Origin: Paraspadella gotoi
Lineage: Eukaryota > Animalia > Chaetognatha
Length of the DNA: 64,000 bases
Assembly: GCA_051294375.1 (NCBI GenBank)
Contig: CM119267.1
Coordinates: 11,159,045-11,223,044, forward strand
Direction of reading: 5' to 3'
In this document: in pieces, positions 13,396-25,924 of the stretch
Layout of the letters: every line of letters starts with the position of its first letter
Numbering within the stretch: the stretch's first letter is position 1
Notes under the pieces: model-generated
What the model saw: only the letters and a program-made list of their open reading frames with translations
Databases searched by the model: none
What the model was told of the DNA's origin: nothing
Program-made: the position numbers and the translations under genes

Positions 13396-13434
<39 letters not shown>

Positions 13435-13917
13435 CTCATCTATTCTCCTCTCTTCATCTCTCTCTCTCGTTCTCTCTCTCCTCTCGTCTGTCTCTCCTTT
13501 CCTTCTCTTCCCTCGTCTCTCCTCCTTTTTTTTCTCCTCTCGTCTTCTCTCTCCAGTAAACCCGGATCGACTTCCCCCTCTTTTCAAAGAAAAGAAACTC
13601 GAGAGAAAGGGATTCCCGAGTCCCGAGTTATTGGTTCCTTTATTTGGTTTTTGTTTTTGTATCGAGAAAAGGATTTGCTAAATTAAAAAAAACCAAAGGA
13701 GAAATGGGAAATATTGTGAAAGGAGTGGAGGAGTGAGAGACGCAAGAGTGCAACGAGGGTTGAAAACTGTCGTCGTCGTCTCCTTTTAAATCCTCTCCAC
13801 CTCCTACTCCTCCTCCTCCTCCTCCTCATTTCATAATTTCGTCCTTCTCGTCGTTGTTTTCATTGCGGAGGATCAGAGCGAGGCTTAGGTCGTCGTTGTT
13901 ATTGTTTTGGTTTTTAT

Positions 13918-14160
13918 TTATAGATCCCTTCCTTTACTCGGAGGCAGTTTGACGTCGTCGTCGTCATTTTCGTCGTTTTTGTTGACGTCTTTGACGAAGA
14001 GGTCGGTCTCCTTCGCCGGAAAACCCCGTCGATCGATTTCCTTCGCGGCGGATTCGAACCAGTCGACAAAAATCAGGGCCAATTCTAAGGCCACAAATTC
14101 CAAGGCCAATTCTAAGGCCAATTCTAAGGCCAATTCTAAGGCCACAAATTCCTTCTCATA
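13918..14160 (-). CDS. Possible exon containing a frame-preserving repeat (EFVALELALELALELALEFVALELAL...DENDDDDVKLPPSKGRDL)
   Basis: Open frame, GC above flanks, repeat units of 12 and 15 nt. No start or acceptor established. Confidence 0.25.
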   Translation of the reverse strand, partial: YEKEFVALELALELALELALEFVALELALIFVDWFESAAKEIDRRGFPAKETDLFVKDVNKNDENDDDDVKLPPSKGRDL

Positions 14161-14825
14161 AAAATTCTCAAGAAAATTAATAAATTCATGTAAAAATAAA
14201 AACCAAGTCGTTGAGGGCACATTGTTGAAACTTGAACAATTAGAAAGAAAAAAAAAATGGAGGACAGTAAAAGTCTCTCATGAAAATATATTTTCATGGC
14301 GATAATTATCTAATTTCGGTGGTCTGACATAAATAAGACAATCGGAGTGATAAACTGGATTTGGGCCGGGATACTGCACTGAGTAGAAGTATCGGGGTGA
14401 TGAGAGGCTCGGGGTGGAGGCTTCGGAATGGAGGCGATACCTACTAGGCGTTGTTTGTTGTTTTTTATGGAGATAACGAAGATTATGTTATTGAAATACA
14501 AATAAAAATTAAAACTCTCAAATCTTGAGTTAATAGACGCAGTAACTCCGTCCATGAAAGAGGGGCACTCTATTCTGAAAGCGCCCCATTTCTGTTACTA
14601 ATCCCTGAACTTAAAAACCCAAATATTTTATAATAAACTTTCACTAAATACAAATACTAATCTAAATTTTGATAATCCCTAATCCCATAACCTGAATCCT
14701 TAACCTTAATTCAGATATTAACTTAGATGTCCAGACGATGATCTACCTGCCAATGAACTCTAATCCACGGACGTGATATTTCGGTGATACACGTGGTGAT
14801 CGAACGTCAAAATTATCTTGGGAGG

Positions 14826-14942
<117 letters not shown>

Positions 14943-15799
14943 GAGAGACAAAGTGACAACCTCAATTATATCCACGGGGCGACAGAATTTTTTTGAGCAC
15001 CGAATCCTCGTCGGGTGCGCTTGGGAGATTAGTATATTAATTTGCGGTTGACATAAACGAGGATTTTTTTATTATTTCGCGTTCCTTTCGGTTAGAATCG
15101 CTTCGGTTCTTCAAACGTATAATTACGATTTTTTTTAGGGGCCGCCGTACGTCACAGTTAAAAAAAAAGGAGCCACCAACCGAGATAGGTTCCTAGGTGA
15201 GCTCTTTAATGAAGGCTAACATTTATCGTTTGAATCTTTATCGTTTTTACAATTTTCGAATTAAGCAAAGAATGGATAAAAAATTAACAACTTTCACTAG
15301 TTTAAATTTTATTTAAATGCTAATAGTAAAAAAGAAATTAAGATTCAGTATCCAGTAATTGTCCACTGTCCAGGAATGAACAAGGGCGTGACTCGGCAAG
15401 GGTAATCGCATTATGGTTTTGTCACTGGTTTGCTCAGAATTCGTTTTAAGTTAAGAAATTTCGCCGATGAAGGTTAACTAAATATTTTCGCCGCATCAAA
15501 ACCGACTCGTATTTTAACAGGGACAGACCGATCTATCATTAAAATTTTTTCTGTAGTCAAATAAAACGAAATGTCGAAGACCGATCTTAAAATCGCGTCT
15601 GTTCCGAGGACAATGTATGTTCAACTTGCTCAATGCAAAATTATATATTTATGGATTGTATACTTGTCTACTTATTGCTGGTTGAATTCTCTCTCTCTCT
15701 CTTTCCTCTCTCCCTCGTCCCTGATTTTTTTCATTCGATTAGAGGGGCGAAACGTGGGGAGGAAGTTTGATGGAAGGCGCGCAAGAATAATATTGTTGA

Positions 15800-15834
<35 letters not shown>

Positions 15835-15863
15835 AGAANNNNNNNNNNNNNNNNNNNNNNNNN

Positions 15864-15898
<35 letters not shown>

Positions 15899-16484
15899 TC
15901 AACAATTATTTTCGCGCCTTCCATCCAAACTTCCCCCACTTTTCGCCCCTCATAATCGAATGAAAAAAAAATGAGAGCGAAAGAGAGAGAGAGAGGTGGG
16001 GAGGTAGAAAGAAAGAAGAAAAGGGGGCGGGAAAAGGAAAACGGGAATAAAAGGAAAAAGAAAGGGAAAAGAAGTGGGAGGTGAAGTCGATTTTAACAAT
16101 CTCTTCTTATCTCTCTTTNNNNNNNNNNNNNNNNNNNNNNNNNNNNNNNNNNNNNNNNNNNNNNNNNNNNCCCCATTTTTTTTGGCGCTGCCAAAGACCC
16201 GGAATGACTCGGAACAAGAAGAGAGTAAACATCGAGTTATTCTTTTGGAAGGAGAGAGACAGAGAGTGAGAGAGANNNNNNNNNNNNNNNNNNNNNNNNN
16301 NNNNNNNNNNNNNNNNNNNNNNNNNNNNNNNNNNNNNNNNNNNNNNNNNNNNNNNNNNNNNNNNNNNNNNNNNNNNNNNNNNNNNNNNNNNNNNNNNNNN
16401 NNNNNNNNNNNNNNNNNNNNNNNNNNNNNNNNNNNNNNNNNNNNNNNNNNNNNNNNNNNNNNNNNNNNNNNNNNNNNNNNNNNN

Positions 16485-16516
<32 letters not shown>

Positions 16517-17141
16517 AAACAATATGACTAAAATTGAAAATTTAACAAGTCAGTTTAAATAAACATATTTTTGTGGAGTTGATTTATCTTGCTATTGCGT
16601 AAAAGCTGTCGAGAAAAAATTCATGACAGCTAAAAATAAACAAGAAAACTCGTTACTTTCTCGACTGCCCTAAATGGAAAAATTCTCAACAAAAAAAAAG
16701 AGACAGAGCTAGAAAAACAGGGACTAAGCGCGTCCCGAATGAAAACTAAGAAGGGAATGACAGAGACAGCGAAAAAAGGAAAGGAAAAATGCGAAAAGCT
16801 GAATGTAAAAAAAGTGACACTAACTCTGAAAAAATGTCTCGGCGGGACAGAGAGACAAATTGAAAACTGCAATGACTGCAGTAAGTTGCGAGAACTGCGG
16901 AGAATGAAAAAACTGAAAGTAACTCATGTGCGAGGAAGAGTAGCATAACTATGAGGTGGGGAAGGTGAGTTTGAAAAAAAAAAGGAAAGAGGCAAAGGGA
17001 AAATGGAAAAGGTAGGGGCAGCGAGTGTGAGAGCGAGAAGCAAACGCAGAAGGTAAGTAAACTCGGTCGCTTTTTCAACCCGTCGACTTCACCACCGATG
17101 GAATATGCAAATTAAGAGAGAGAGAGAGAGAGAGAGAGAAG

Positions 17142-17181
<40 letters not shown>

Positions 17182-17753
17182 GGGGCACTCTTTTTTTTCT
17201 CTCTCCCAATCTGCATAAATCACCGGCCGTCCGCAGGAGATGTGCTTCGCCGCTCCGAAGATGATTACATTTTTAAAACTCGTTTTATTTTCTCGACTTC
17301 GAAGGAAATAAATCGCGAGGGTTTACGGTTTAGAAGAATTCATGAAAAAATTGAGAAAATCGTGGAGCGAGAAAAAAGAGAAAAGGTAAGAAAACAAAAT
17401 CTTGGTCTGATTATTGTAATAATTCACAAGTTAGAGCGACTCGTAATATTAATAAGAGAGACGTTTAATAAACCAATATGCATTTAGTAAAGTATGCGGT
17501 CGTCTCCTACCAGTGGTAGTACCACTGGAACTGATATTCTAGCAACGTTTCGCTTGGCTCATGGAGCGGGAGGCCGTCGTGATTGAACCAGTTACTCGCA
17601 GTTGGGATGGTGTGTCAGCCAGCTTAGTCCATGGCCAATGGTGAGGCGGCTTTAAGTCTGCGCCACATGCGTACCTTATTCAAAAACTCCTCCAAACTTC
17701 CAGACTTTTTCAACTCATCTTCCCTATTACAATTTACATCCCAATTCACCAAT

Positions 17754-18029
17754 ATGGCGATCGACGGCGTCGAACCGGAAATGAACGCGGTCGACGAGGA
17801 AGTTCGCGGGATCGAGGCCGACTTGCGCGCGCGAACCGAAGAGATGCGGCGTGGCGTGGAAGCTGCGCGGAATTTGGGCGACGCGTTTGAGATTTTGAGG
17901 GCGTTGGAGGCCCTCCGAATCATGATGCCGGCGATGGAGGCTCTGATGGAGAGGTTGGAAGTGCTGCGGCGCCGACGGGTGGCGACGAGGGATTGGTTCG
18001 TCGACGCCGATCTTCGGAAACGCGCTTGA
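17754..18029 (+). CDS. Hypothetical 91-aa helical/coiled-coil protein, apparently single exon
   Basis: Sharp GC-rich island starting at AATATGGCG. The E/R/A/L-rich amphipathic sequence MAIDGVEPEMNAVDEEVRGIEADLRARTEEMRR...LRKRA is not microsatellite-derived. AATAAA lies downstream near 18267. No family recognised. Confidence 0.5.
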   Translation: MAIDGVEPEMNAVDEEVRGIEADLRARTEEMRRGVEAARNLGDAFEILRALEALRIMMPAMEALMERLEVLRRRRVATRDWFVDADLRKRA

Positions 18030-18389
18030 GGAACTGAGTCTTCCAAAGGTCGATAACGCATGTAATCAATATGTGAAATTGTACATTTGAGAATTGATCG
18101 TCTTTTTTCGGGACTCGAGGACTAAAGTCAAAACATCCTGTTCAATATTCATGATCAATCGAAGGCTCTTATCATCGTTAAGACCAAATCACCAACTTCC
18201 ACTGTGATAAAAAATACTTTGTTCAAATTGTAACGTACTTTCTGGTTTTAATATTATCTATTGATAAATAAAGCGCGTCTTCACGTGCTTCTCTTTTTTG
18301 TGTCAATAAGAAATAAGGACGATGATGAAGATGATGATTTCGATGGTCATTACAAAACTGAAAATCTCACAATTTTAAAATATGTGAGT

Positions 18390-18422
<33 letters not shown>

Positions 18423-19559
18423 AAATGAAAACTGCAGACGATCTTTCGCTAGCGACGTCCCAGAGGAAATAAAGAGGCGTGGCCGAGGGGCGTCGACGAT
18501 AGTAAACAGAGCGGAAACTCTCCTTCGATCGACGAACGAATTGAAATACTTACTCTTCGGAGATTAACCTATTTGAGCGTCCATCTGTGCGGTTAAGCCT
18601 GGTCGCCGCTGCCGCCTCTGCCGCCGACGCAGCCGCCGACTATGTCGTCTCTGCCGCCGACTCTGCCGACGATTAGGGTCTGTTACCATTAGACAAAAGG
18701 GATACTCAAACGCCGGTTGTGGAAATCAAAAGAGGGAAAAAGAACGCAAAACCATAACAATAACATTAATAATCTCATTGACTATCTGGTTTGTTAGGAG
18801 CTTTATTGTTATAAGTAAAATGGAAAGTCTTGGTTTTTGATGAGATTAAGTCAAGCTGAAGAAATGCCACGGCGTCTTGCTTGAGAGAGAGAGNNNNNNN
18901 NNNNNNNNNNNNNNNNNNCGAGAGAGAGAGGAGCTGCAGAGGTGAAGAGAGGAGAGAGAGAGATGAATGACAGAAGGAGAGAGAGAAGAGAAGAAGAGGA
19001 TGAGAGAAGAGAGCCTGGCATGAGAGATGAGATGAGCAGTGTAATTTCGAATATCGCGGATCCTTAAACGAATTTATTTCACGGCGCGGATGTCAGGACG
19101 GCCCCGACTCCCGACAACAACGACAACGACGACTGAAACTTCTGACCGCCATTCAAACAAAAGCGCACTTCAGCGACGACGACGACCGTACGACGACGAC
19201 GACGACGCATCGACAGAAGTTTGCACCTCTGAAATACAAACTTTGTTTTCGTCGGCTTCATCCATCTTTCTTTTTGTCGTTGTTGTCCGTCCCGCTGTTT
19301 GACTCGAGCATATTCGGACAAAAGGGGAAAAAATAGGGAAAATGAAAGGAAGTAATGAAAAAAGTTGAAACGCGTCAGACGACGAGGCACGAACGACGGC
19401 ACAATAGACACAAAGACGAGGACGACGCACGAAGTGCACGGCACGTGATATGAGAAAACTACGAGAATAAAAAAACACGGGTACGGTCGGCCGACGGAAG
19501 CCGTTCGATAACGGAAGAAGCCGCGAGGGGGAAAGAAGCGGGCGCGATACAGAGTTAGT

Positions 19560-21640
19560 GTGGAGGGCAGGGGAAATGCAAAGCAGCCCAAACTACCGAG
19601 CCCCTAGGCGATAGCGCTCAACCGCCCAGCGCCCACTGCCACCGCGCCACACAGACGCCCACGCCAAGCTCGAACGGCAAAGAAGGGGGCGGGGCAGCAG
19701 CGAGGCCGGCAAAGGCGAAGAACAGCAGGCGGAAAGAGGAAAAGGAGGACAGGAGACGAACGCGTAAGGAGGGGAGCGAGGAGAGAAGAGAAAGAGAGAA
19801 GGAAAGGAAGGAGAAAAAGAAAAAGAAAGGAGTGAAAGAGGAGAGGTGGAAGGAGGGGTGAGCGATGGAGAGAAGAAGAAGAGAAGGAGGAGAGGGAAAA
19901 AGAAAAGGAAAGGAAGGAAAGGAGAGATCGTGAAGGGGGGGGAGCGCGGATGAGAGAGAAGAAGAGAAGGGAAGAGGGGAGAAAAGCGAAAAAACAGGAG
20001 GAAAGGAGAGAGCGGGAAGGAGGGGAAAGCGAGGAGAGAGAGAAGAACGAGAAAGGAAGGAGAGGAGAGACCCAAAACGGGAGGGAAGAAACAGACAGCG
20101 AGGGCAGAAAAACGGGGGCACACGCGAAGCAGACGTGAGGAGAGAAAGAAGGGGCGGAGAAAAAGAGGGGAAGGGAAGCAGGAACAGAAGAGGAGCCCGG
20201 GAGAGCGAAGACGGCAGGGCGGAGCGGTGGAAGGGAAGACCGGGCAAGCCGGGCAAATCAATAACAAAAAGGCAGACGCGCGAACCGGGCGGAGAGTCCT
20301 GCGAAGGGGGCAAAAAAAGCCAGCACGCGTGGGCCCGGGAAAGCGTGGGGGTGGGAGGACGTGTAGGAGTGGACAGGGGGGAAGAACAAGCAGGGCAGGA
20401 GGAAGAAGAGCAGCGGGGGAGGAAGCAAGGCAGAAGGCGGAAGGAAGGGCGAGGATGGGGAGGAGCGGCAGGGGAGGGGGAAGAGGAGGGCGGGGGAGAG
20501 GAAAACAGGGGAGAAAGGAAGCGCGATCGGGGGGGTGCGGGGACGCTGGGAAGCAGTGCGGAACAACAGAGGGAAAGAGAAAAGGAAGAGAAAGGACATG
20601 CGGAAGAGAGCAAAGAGAAAAGAACAAGAAAGAGAAGGAAGAGGGAAGAAAAGAGAAAGGGGGGAACACAAGGACCAAGAGGGAGACAAAAACAAAAGGC
20701 GCTGGAAAAGACGCGAGAGCGAGGGGAGGACAAGGGAGCCCCGGCGGCGGAAAAACGAGAGAAGGGAGAGAAGGCAGGGCCGAGGGACGAGAGTGGCAAG
20801 GCGGGAGAACGAGGAAGTAGGTGCCAAGAAGGAAGGAGGATAGGAGCGGGAGCAGCCATGAGGCAAACGTGGGCGGGCAAGGAGAAAAAAACGAGCGCGG
20901 ACGGGGGGGAAGGGGGGAGCAGGGGATGAGGAGGGGCAGGGGTGGGGGGGAGGAGGAGGAGACGAAAGACAGAACGGCTGGAAGGGGCAAGAAGACGACA
21001 GCAAGGCAGGGACAGAAAAAGGTACAGGGTGCGACACGGAACGGGGAGCCCGGCAGCGCAAGCGTGGGAACAAGGAAAAGGGGACGCAGACGGAGCAGAC
21101 GGGGGGGGAAGCCAGAAGGGGGGGACGCACGGCAAGGGGGAGGGAAAAAAAGGAACCAAAGCAAGCGGAGCAGGGATGTGACCAGACGAAGAGCGCGGCT
21201 GCCGCAGCAAGCGGTGGAGAACGGGATAGCGGACAGGGGGGAGGAGAAACGGAGAAACACAAAAGCAAGGCGCGAACAATGCGGGGAAGGGAAGGCGGGC
21301 CCCGCGCAAAAAGGGGCGCGGGGGGCTGGGAGAAAGGAAAGAGGGGAGGGAGGCAGCCAGGAAAAGGAAACAAAGGAATAGAGACAGGAGTGAGACCAGT
21401 ATGTCAAAAAAGGAGGCCCGGGGCAGGGCCGGCAACTACACAAAAAGGAGTCCAACGCGGCCAAGCGAGCGGCAGGGGCCCGAGGCAAGAGGGAGGAAGA
21501 GGGAGGAGCAGCGGAGGTAATGGGGCCGTGCGCCGGAGCAGCGGCAAACAGAATGAGACGGAAACAGGGATGGAGTGTAGGAGAGGGAACAGGCAGCCGG
21601 GGCACCGAGCGGAGGAGGTAAGATCGGCGGGCTGGGAGGC
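19560..21640. other. T-depleted, aperiodic purine-rich tract, probably low-quality long-read sequence
   Basis: Almost no T on the + strand for ~2 kb. It begins where an indel-ridden duplicate of 21649-22101 decays. Confidence 0.7.
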
Positions 21641-21650
21641 GAGGAGAGAG

Positions 21651-21771
21651 TGTAATTCGATATCGGGATCCTTAACGAATTTATTCACGGCCGCGGATGA
21701 GGACGGCCCCGACTCCGACAACAACGACAACGACGACGAAACTTTGACGCCATTCAAACAAAAGGCACTCA

Positions 21772-21811
<40 letters not shown>

Positions 21812-21824
21812 AGTTGACCTCTGA
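21651..21824 (+). CDS. Possible terminal exon encoding an acidic tail (CNSISGSLTNLFTAADEDGPDSD...DDDDEVDL); degraded duplicate at ~19038-19232
   Basis: Open frame after an AG with natural-looking codons and a poly-Asp tract. The upstream context is low-quality sequence. Confidence 0.25.
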
Positions 21825-22407
21825 AATACAAACTTTGTTTTCGTCGTCTTCATCCACTTTCTTTTTGTCGTTGTTGTCGTCCCGTGTTTGACTCGAGATA
21901 TTCGGACAAAAGGGGAAAAATAGGAAAATGAAAGGAGTAATTGAAAAGTGAAAAGGTCAGACGACGAGGACGACGACGACAATAGACGACAAAGACGAGG
22001 ACGACGACGAAGGCGACGACGATGATGATGAGAAAAACTACGAGAAAAAAAAACACTTTACGTTCTTCGACTGAAGCGTTGATAACGGATAAGCCGGGAG
22101 GTGTAAAATAATCTTTCTCTATACATTATTTAGGTGTTAGGTCATTGGAAATTCAAATCATCCCAAACTACCTATCCCATGCTATATCTCCAACGCCATC
22201 TCCCACGCCNNNNNNNNNNNNNNNNNNNNNNNNNNNNNNNNNNNNNNNNNNNNNNNNNNNNNNNNNNNNNNNNNNNNNNNNNNNNNNNNNNNNNNNNNNN
22301 NNNNNNNNNNNNNNNNNNNNNNNNNNNNNNNNNNNNNNNNNNNNNNNNNNNNNNNNNNNNNNNNNNNNNNNNNNNNNNNNNNNNNNNNNNNNNNNNNNNN
22401 NNNNNNN

Positions 22408-22727
22408 GTTTGGATCGAGGAGAGAGATAAGAAGAGAAGTAAAGATAGGGAGAAAAGGAAAAAGAATTGAGGAAAGTAAAGAGGTTAAGGTGTTTGGATC
22501 GAGGAGAGAGATAAGAAGAGAAGTAAAGATAAGGAGAAAAGGAAAAAGAAATGAGGAAAGTAGAGAGGTTAAAGAGTTTGAATTTAGGAGAGAGAGATAA
22601 GAAGAGAAGAAAAGATAAGGAGAAAAGGAAAAAGAAATGAGGAAAGTAGAGAGGTTAAGGACTTTGGATCGAGGAGAGAGATAAGAAGAGAAGTGAAGAT
22701 AGGGAGAAAAGGAAAAAGAAAAAGAAT
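22408..22727. repeat. Purine-rich minisatellite, ~85-bp unit, about 3.7 visible copies, next to an N gap
   Basis: TTTGGATCGAGGAGAGAGATAAGAAGAGAAGT recurs at ~22409, ~22493 and ~22663, with a variant at ~22580. Confidence 0.9.
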
Positions 22728-24216
22728 ATGTTCTTGGCAAAGAGAGAAATAAAGATCATCAAGGGTGAGAAAAAGTGGTTGAAATGTTTTCCAATGGAGA
22801 TAAGATAAAAGGTGAGACAGGATCGGTCTAGTCAGATAAAAGGCGAGGTAAGGATGGGAATTGTCCAATGATCATGAGTCTGTGAACCGAATATACTTGG
22901 ACTTGTTTGTTGTAAGATCTTCAGAGGTATTCCTTGCAATAGCTTTTAAAAAAATGAATTATAAATTAAAAGTTAAAATTTTCATTGATTTTTTTAAAAC
23001 TTAGGCTACGAAACTTCTCGAGCAAAAAAGAACAATAGATTTACGACGTTCTTTCGTATCTTTTATTTCTGTTCAAGAAAAACCTTGGGTGGTTCACCCC
23101 GCGACCGCTAGAGGCGCCAGATGTTCATTTTTTCTCCGCGTTAGTGACGCGGCGAAGATTTTCGAAACTCGCGCTACATAAAAAAAANNNNNNNNNNNNN
23201 NNNNNNNNNNNNNNNNNNNNNNNNNNNNNNNNNNNNNNNNNNNNNNNNNNNNNNNNNNNNNNNNNNNNNNNNNNNNNNNNNNNNNNNNNNNNNNNNNNNN
23301 NNNGGAGAGAGATGCTGGCCAAATAAAGAAAAAAAAATTCTCGTCACCCTGAGCGCTGATCTTTACATACTCGACTTTTTGGACTATTTGAGAAATTTAT
23401 AAGCAAATCGAATTAATATTAAAGAATGAAATCTTCAAGAACGTTTTTTCCTTCTCCTTTTTTTGTTGCTCGAAATTCTAAGAAAGCAGGAATGAGCTTC
23501 TCACTGTTTGTTTGCCGTTCAAAGAAGAAAAAAAAAAAACAAATTCGATTACAGGAAACAGACAATTCTAAAGATGGGCGGCGGACTAGAGGATGTACGT
23601 TCGCTCTCTCGTCTTTCTCTTCTGCTCTCCGTCTTCATCGTCTCTCCTCGTCTCCTTCTCTCTTCTCTCTCCTCATCTCCTCTCCTTCGTCTAGCTCTCT
23701 TCGCTCCGTTCTCGTGCTCGGGGTCCCTCCTCAATACAAACCTGTTTGATAACGAGTAAATGCTTTTCCCGAGATTTATTCTATTGAAGAAATATTTTCT
23801 TTTATGCGCTAATTTGAGATCGTTTTCATGTTACTGATATATATTATTTACATATGTACGTAAATAGTAAATAGCTAAGAATAAGTTAAAAAACAGTTAA
23901 ATAATTTTATTTAACTAACGTCTGGGAGCGTTTCTCTTCTTAAATCCCAATAAAGAAAAAATAATATTACCGTTGAATTAGAGTAAAATAGTCCCATATG
24001 TGACTTTTTTTATGCTTAGAATTTAATGATAATACAAAAAAATTCATTCATTTCTAAATTTAATTAAATAACTAATTAATTAAGAAGTAACTAATTATCG
24101 AATTCAATTAAGCCGATTTCCTTGTATCCTTCTCTAGATCTCGCATCCTACTACATCTCTTAATGCCTTGAACCGACTTCTCCGTTACCCATGGTTGCGC
24201 AAAACGAGAACGATAG

Positions 24217-24507
24217 CTAATTCACGCGCCGATACTGCGGCGTCGGATTGGCCGGCTGCCATACCGCCGCATCCGGGCGCGCTAGGCGGACGCCGCCATT
24301 CTTCGCGGATTGTAGGGCATCCTCGTACGCATCCTCGGCATTAGCGCCTGCAGATCGCATTTTAGCCATAGCCGCCTGCACCGGCCTGGCATGCATCTGC
24401 CGCGCACCAGTCCCGTGCATCTTGGGGCTCGCGGGAGGCTTCGGTCCCGGTGAGCGCATGCGCGTCTCTAAGTGACGTTCGCTTCGTTGAACTTGGAGCG
24501 TCGCCAT
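24217..24507 (-). CDS. Hypothetical 96-aa basic Pro/Ala-rich protein
   Basis: GC-rich island. The start context AAAAAAATGGCG resembles the A-rich context of the innexin and EGF genes. ORF MATLQVQRSERHLETRMRSPGPKPP...QYRRVN. No family recognised; further exons are possible. Confidence 0.4.
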   Translation of the reverse strand: MATLQVQRSERHLETRMRSPGPKPPASPKMHGTGARQMHARPVQAAMAKMRSAGANAEDAYEDALQSAKNGGVRLARPDAAVWQPANPTPQYRRVN

Positions 24508-25924
24508 TTTTTTATCCTCGTCGTCGTCAATCAACGGGTGACGTGGTGCGTAGCGGAGAAACGCCGTCCCTTTCTTCGAAGTTCGTTGCCAGGAAACGGC
24601 GATCGGTAAGCGGACGCCATCTCTTCGGTTCGTATTATTGCCACAAATATCGGGTGGCGTTGATAATGACACTCAATACATTGTCTACCTAAACGTTGTG
24701 ATAACTAAATCCAAGATATCAAGTATCAATCAACCGCAAAGTTTATATCAATTCTGTCACTAGTAAACTAATCTTCACTAATCATGAACTAATGTAATAA
24801 AGTTAATATTCTTTATCACTTTTCCTTTTAACTATGCCCTAATAAAATAACAAAAACCTACAAATCGTATTATTTATTATAGTTCTGTTACTTTTAATCT
24901 GCTCACAAATCAAGATTTAATTAAGCTAATCTTCTTGAGCTACGAAATAACAATCTTCATCACTTCTCCCGATTTTTTCCCGCCATCTCCCTTCTCAATC
25001 ACACACCTCTTCATTCTTCAACCCCCCCCAAGTTCCTCCCCCTCGCGATAGCAAAGTGGCGCCTTAACTTCATTAGGCTCCGGCTTCTCATTAGAGGTAA
25101 TCACGACCGTCGACTGGGAAAAGCGGGGGAAAAAGGGGGCGTCGCTTTCCCGTGTCTCTTCCGTCCGAACCGCTTCCGCTTCTTGCGCTTTTCAAAAGTA
25201 ACTGTCCTCCTGTTGCATTCGAAACAACGAACTGTCCGCAGCTTATTTCGCTCGTTTTTCTTCTAGCTTACCTCATCAGTACGAGCGTGTGGAGGTTGAT
25301 TTAGATGGTTTTCATGTTCCGTAATTTCGGTCGGCGTCCGGTCGGTCGGTCGGTCGCTCTTGTCGTTTCTTGTCCTTTCTCTGCTTATTCTCTCTTCCTT
25401 TCTTTTCTTTCTTTCTTTCTTTCTTTTCTTTCTTTCTGTTCCTTTTCTTTTTTCTTGTCTTTTTTTTTTTTTCTTAATCCTTTCTTCCTCTTCTTTCTTT
25501 CATTGCTACGTGTATGNNNNNNNNNNNNNNNNNNNNNNNNNNNNNNNNNNNNNNNNNNNNNNNNNNNNNNNNNNNNNNNNNNNNNNNNNNNNNNNNNNNN
25601 NNNNNNNNCGAAGGTCCGAGATACACTCTCGGCATCTGACCTCGAGCATGACCCGAGACCTTTCCGTTTAATTCGAGACCGATACCAATCAAAATCAAAT
25701 CTTGTTTCGATCTTATCGACGAATCAGTCTCTCTTGCTTCGAGTCACCTTAACTTTGAACGAGTTCGTATTTTCTCAAAATCCTCAAATTCAAAACTCGA
25801 TACGACTTTCCCTTTCGAAAACCCAAAACTGATTTGCGCATCGAGTACCGCTCCCCGCTAAAAGTTTTTTAGATCCGAAGCCGACCCGTACGGAGCTTCC
25901 CCCGACTCCCGAGTTAATTTTACG

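Noticed and set aside
19593-21605. 670-aa and 605-aa ORFs and overlapping + strand ORFs
   Set aside because: Long frames on both strands follow from the extreme base skew, which makes stop codons rare. No domain motifs; probably artefactual sequence.
22408-22727. Regularly spaced repeats as a CRISPR array
   Set aside because: The units are repeated in full with no unique spacers, the context is eukaryotic and there are no cas genes.
25240-25290. Minus-strand CTGATGA...GAAA resembling a hammerhead ribozyme core
   Set aside because: Stems II and III cannot be formed; the site is better explained as a GAG|GTAAG splice donor.
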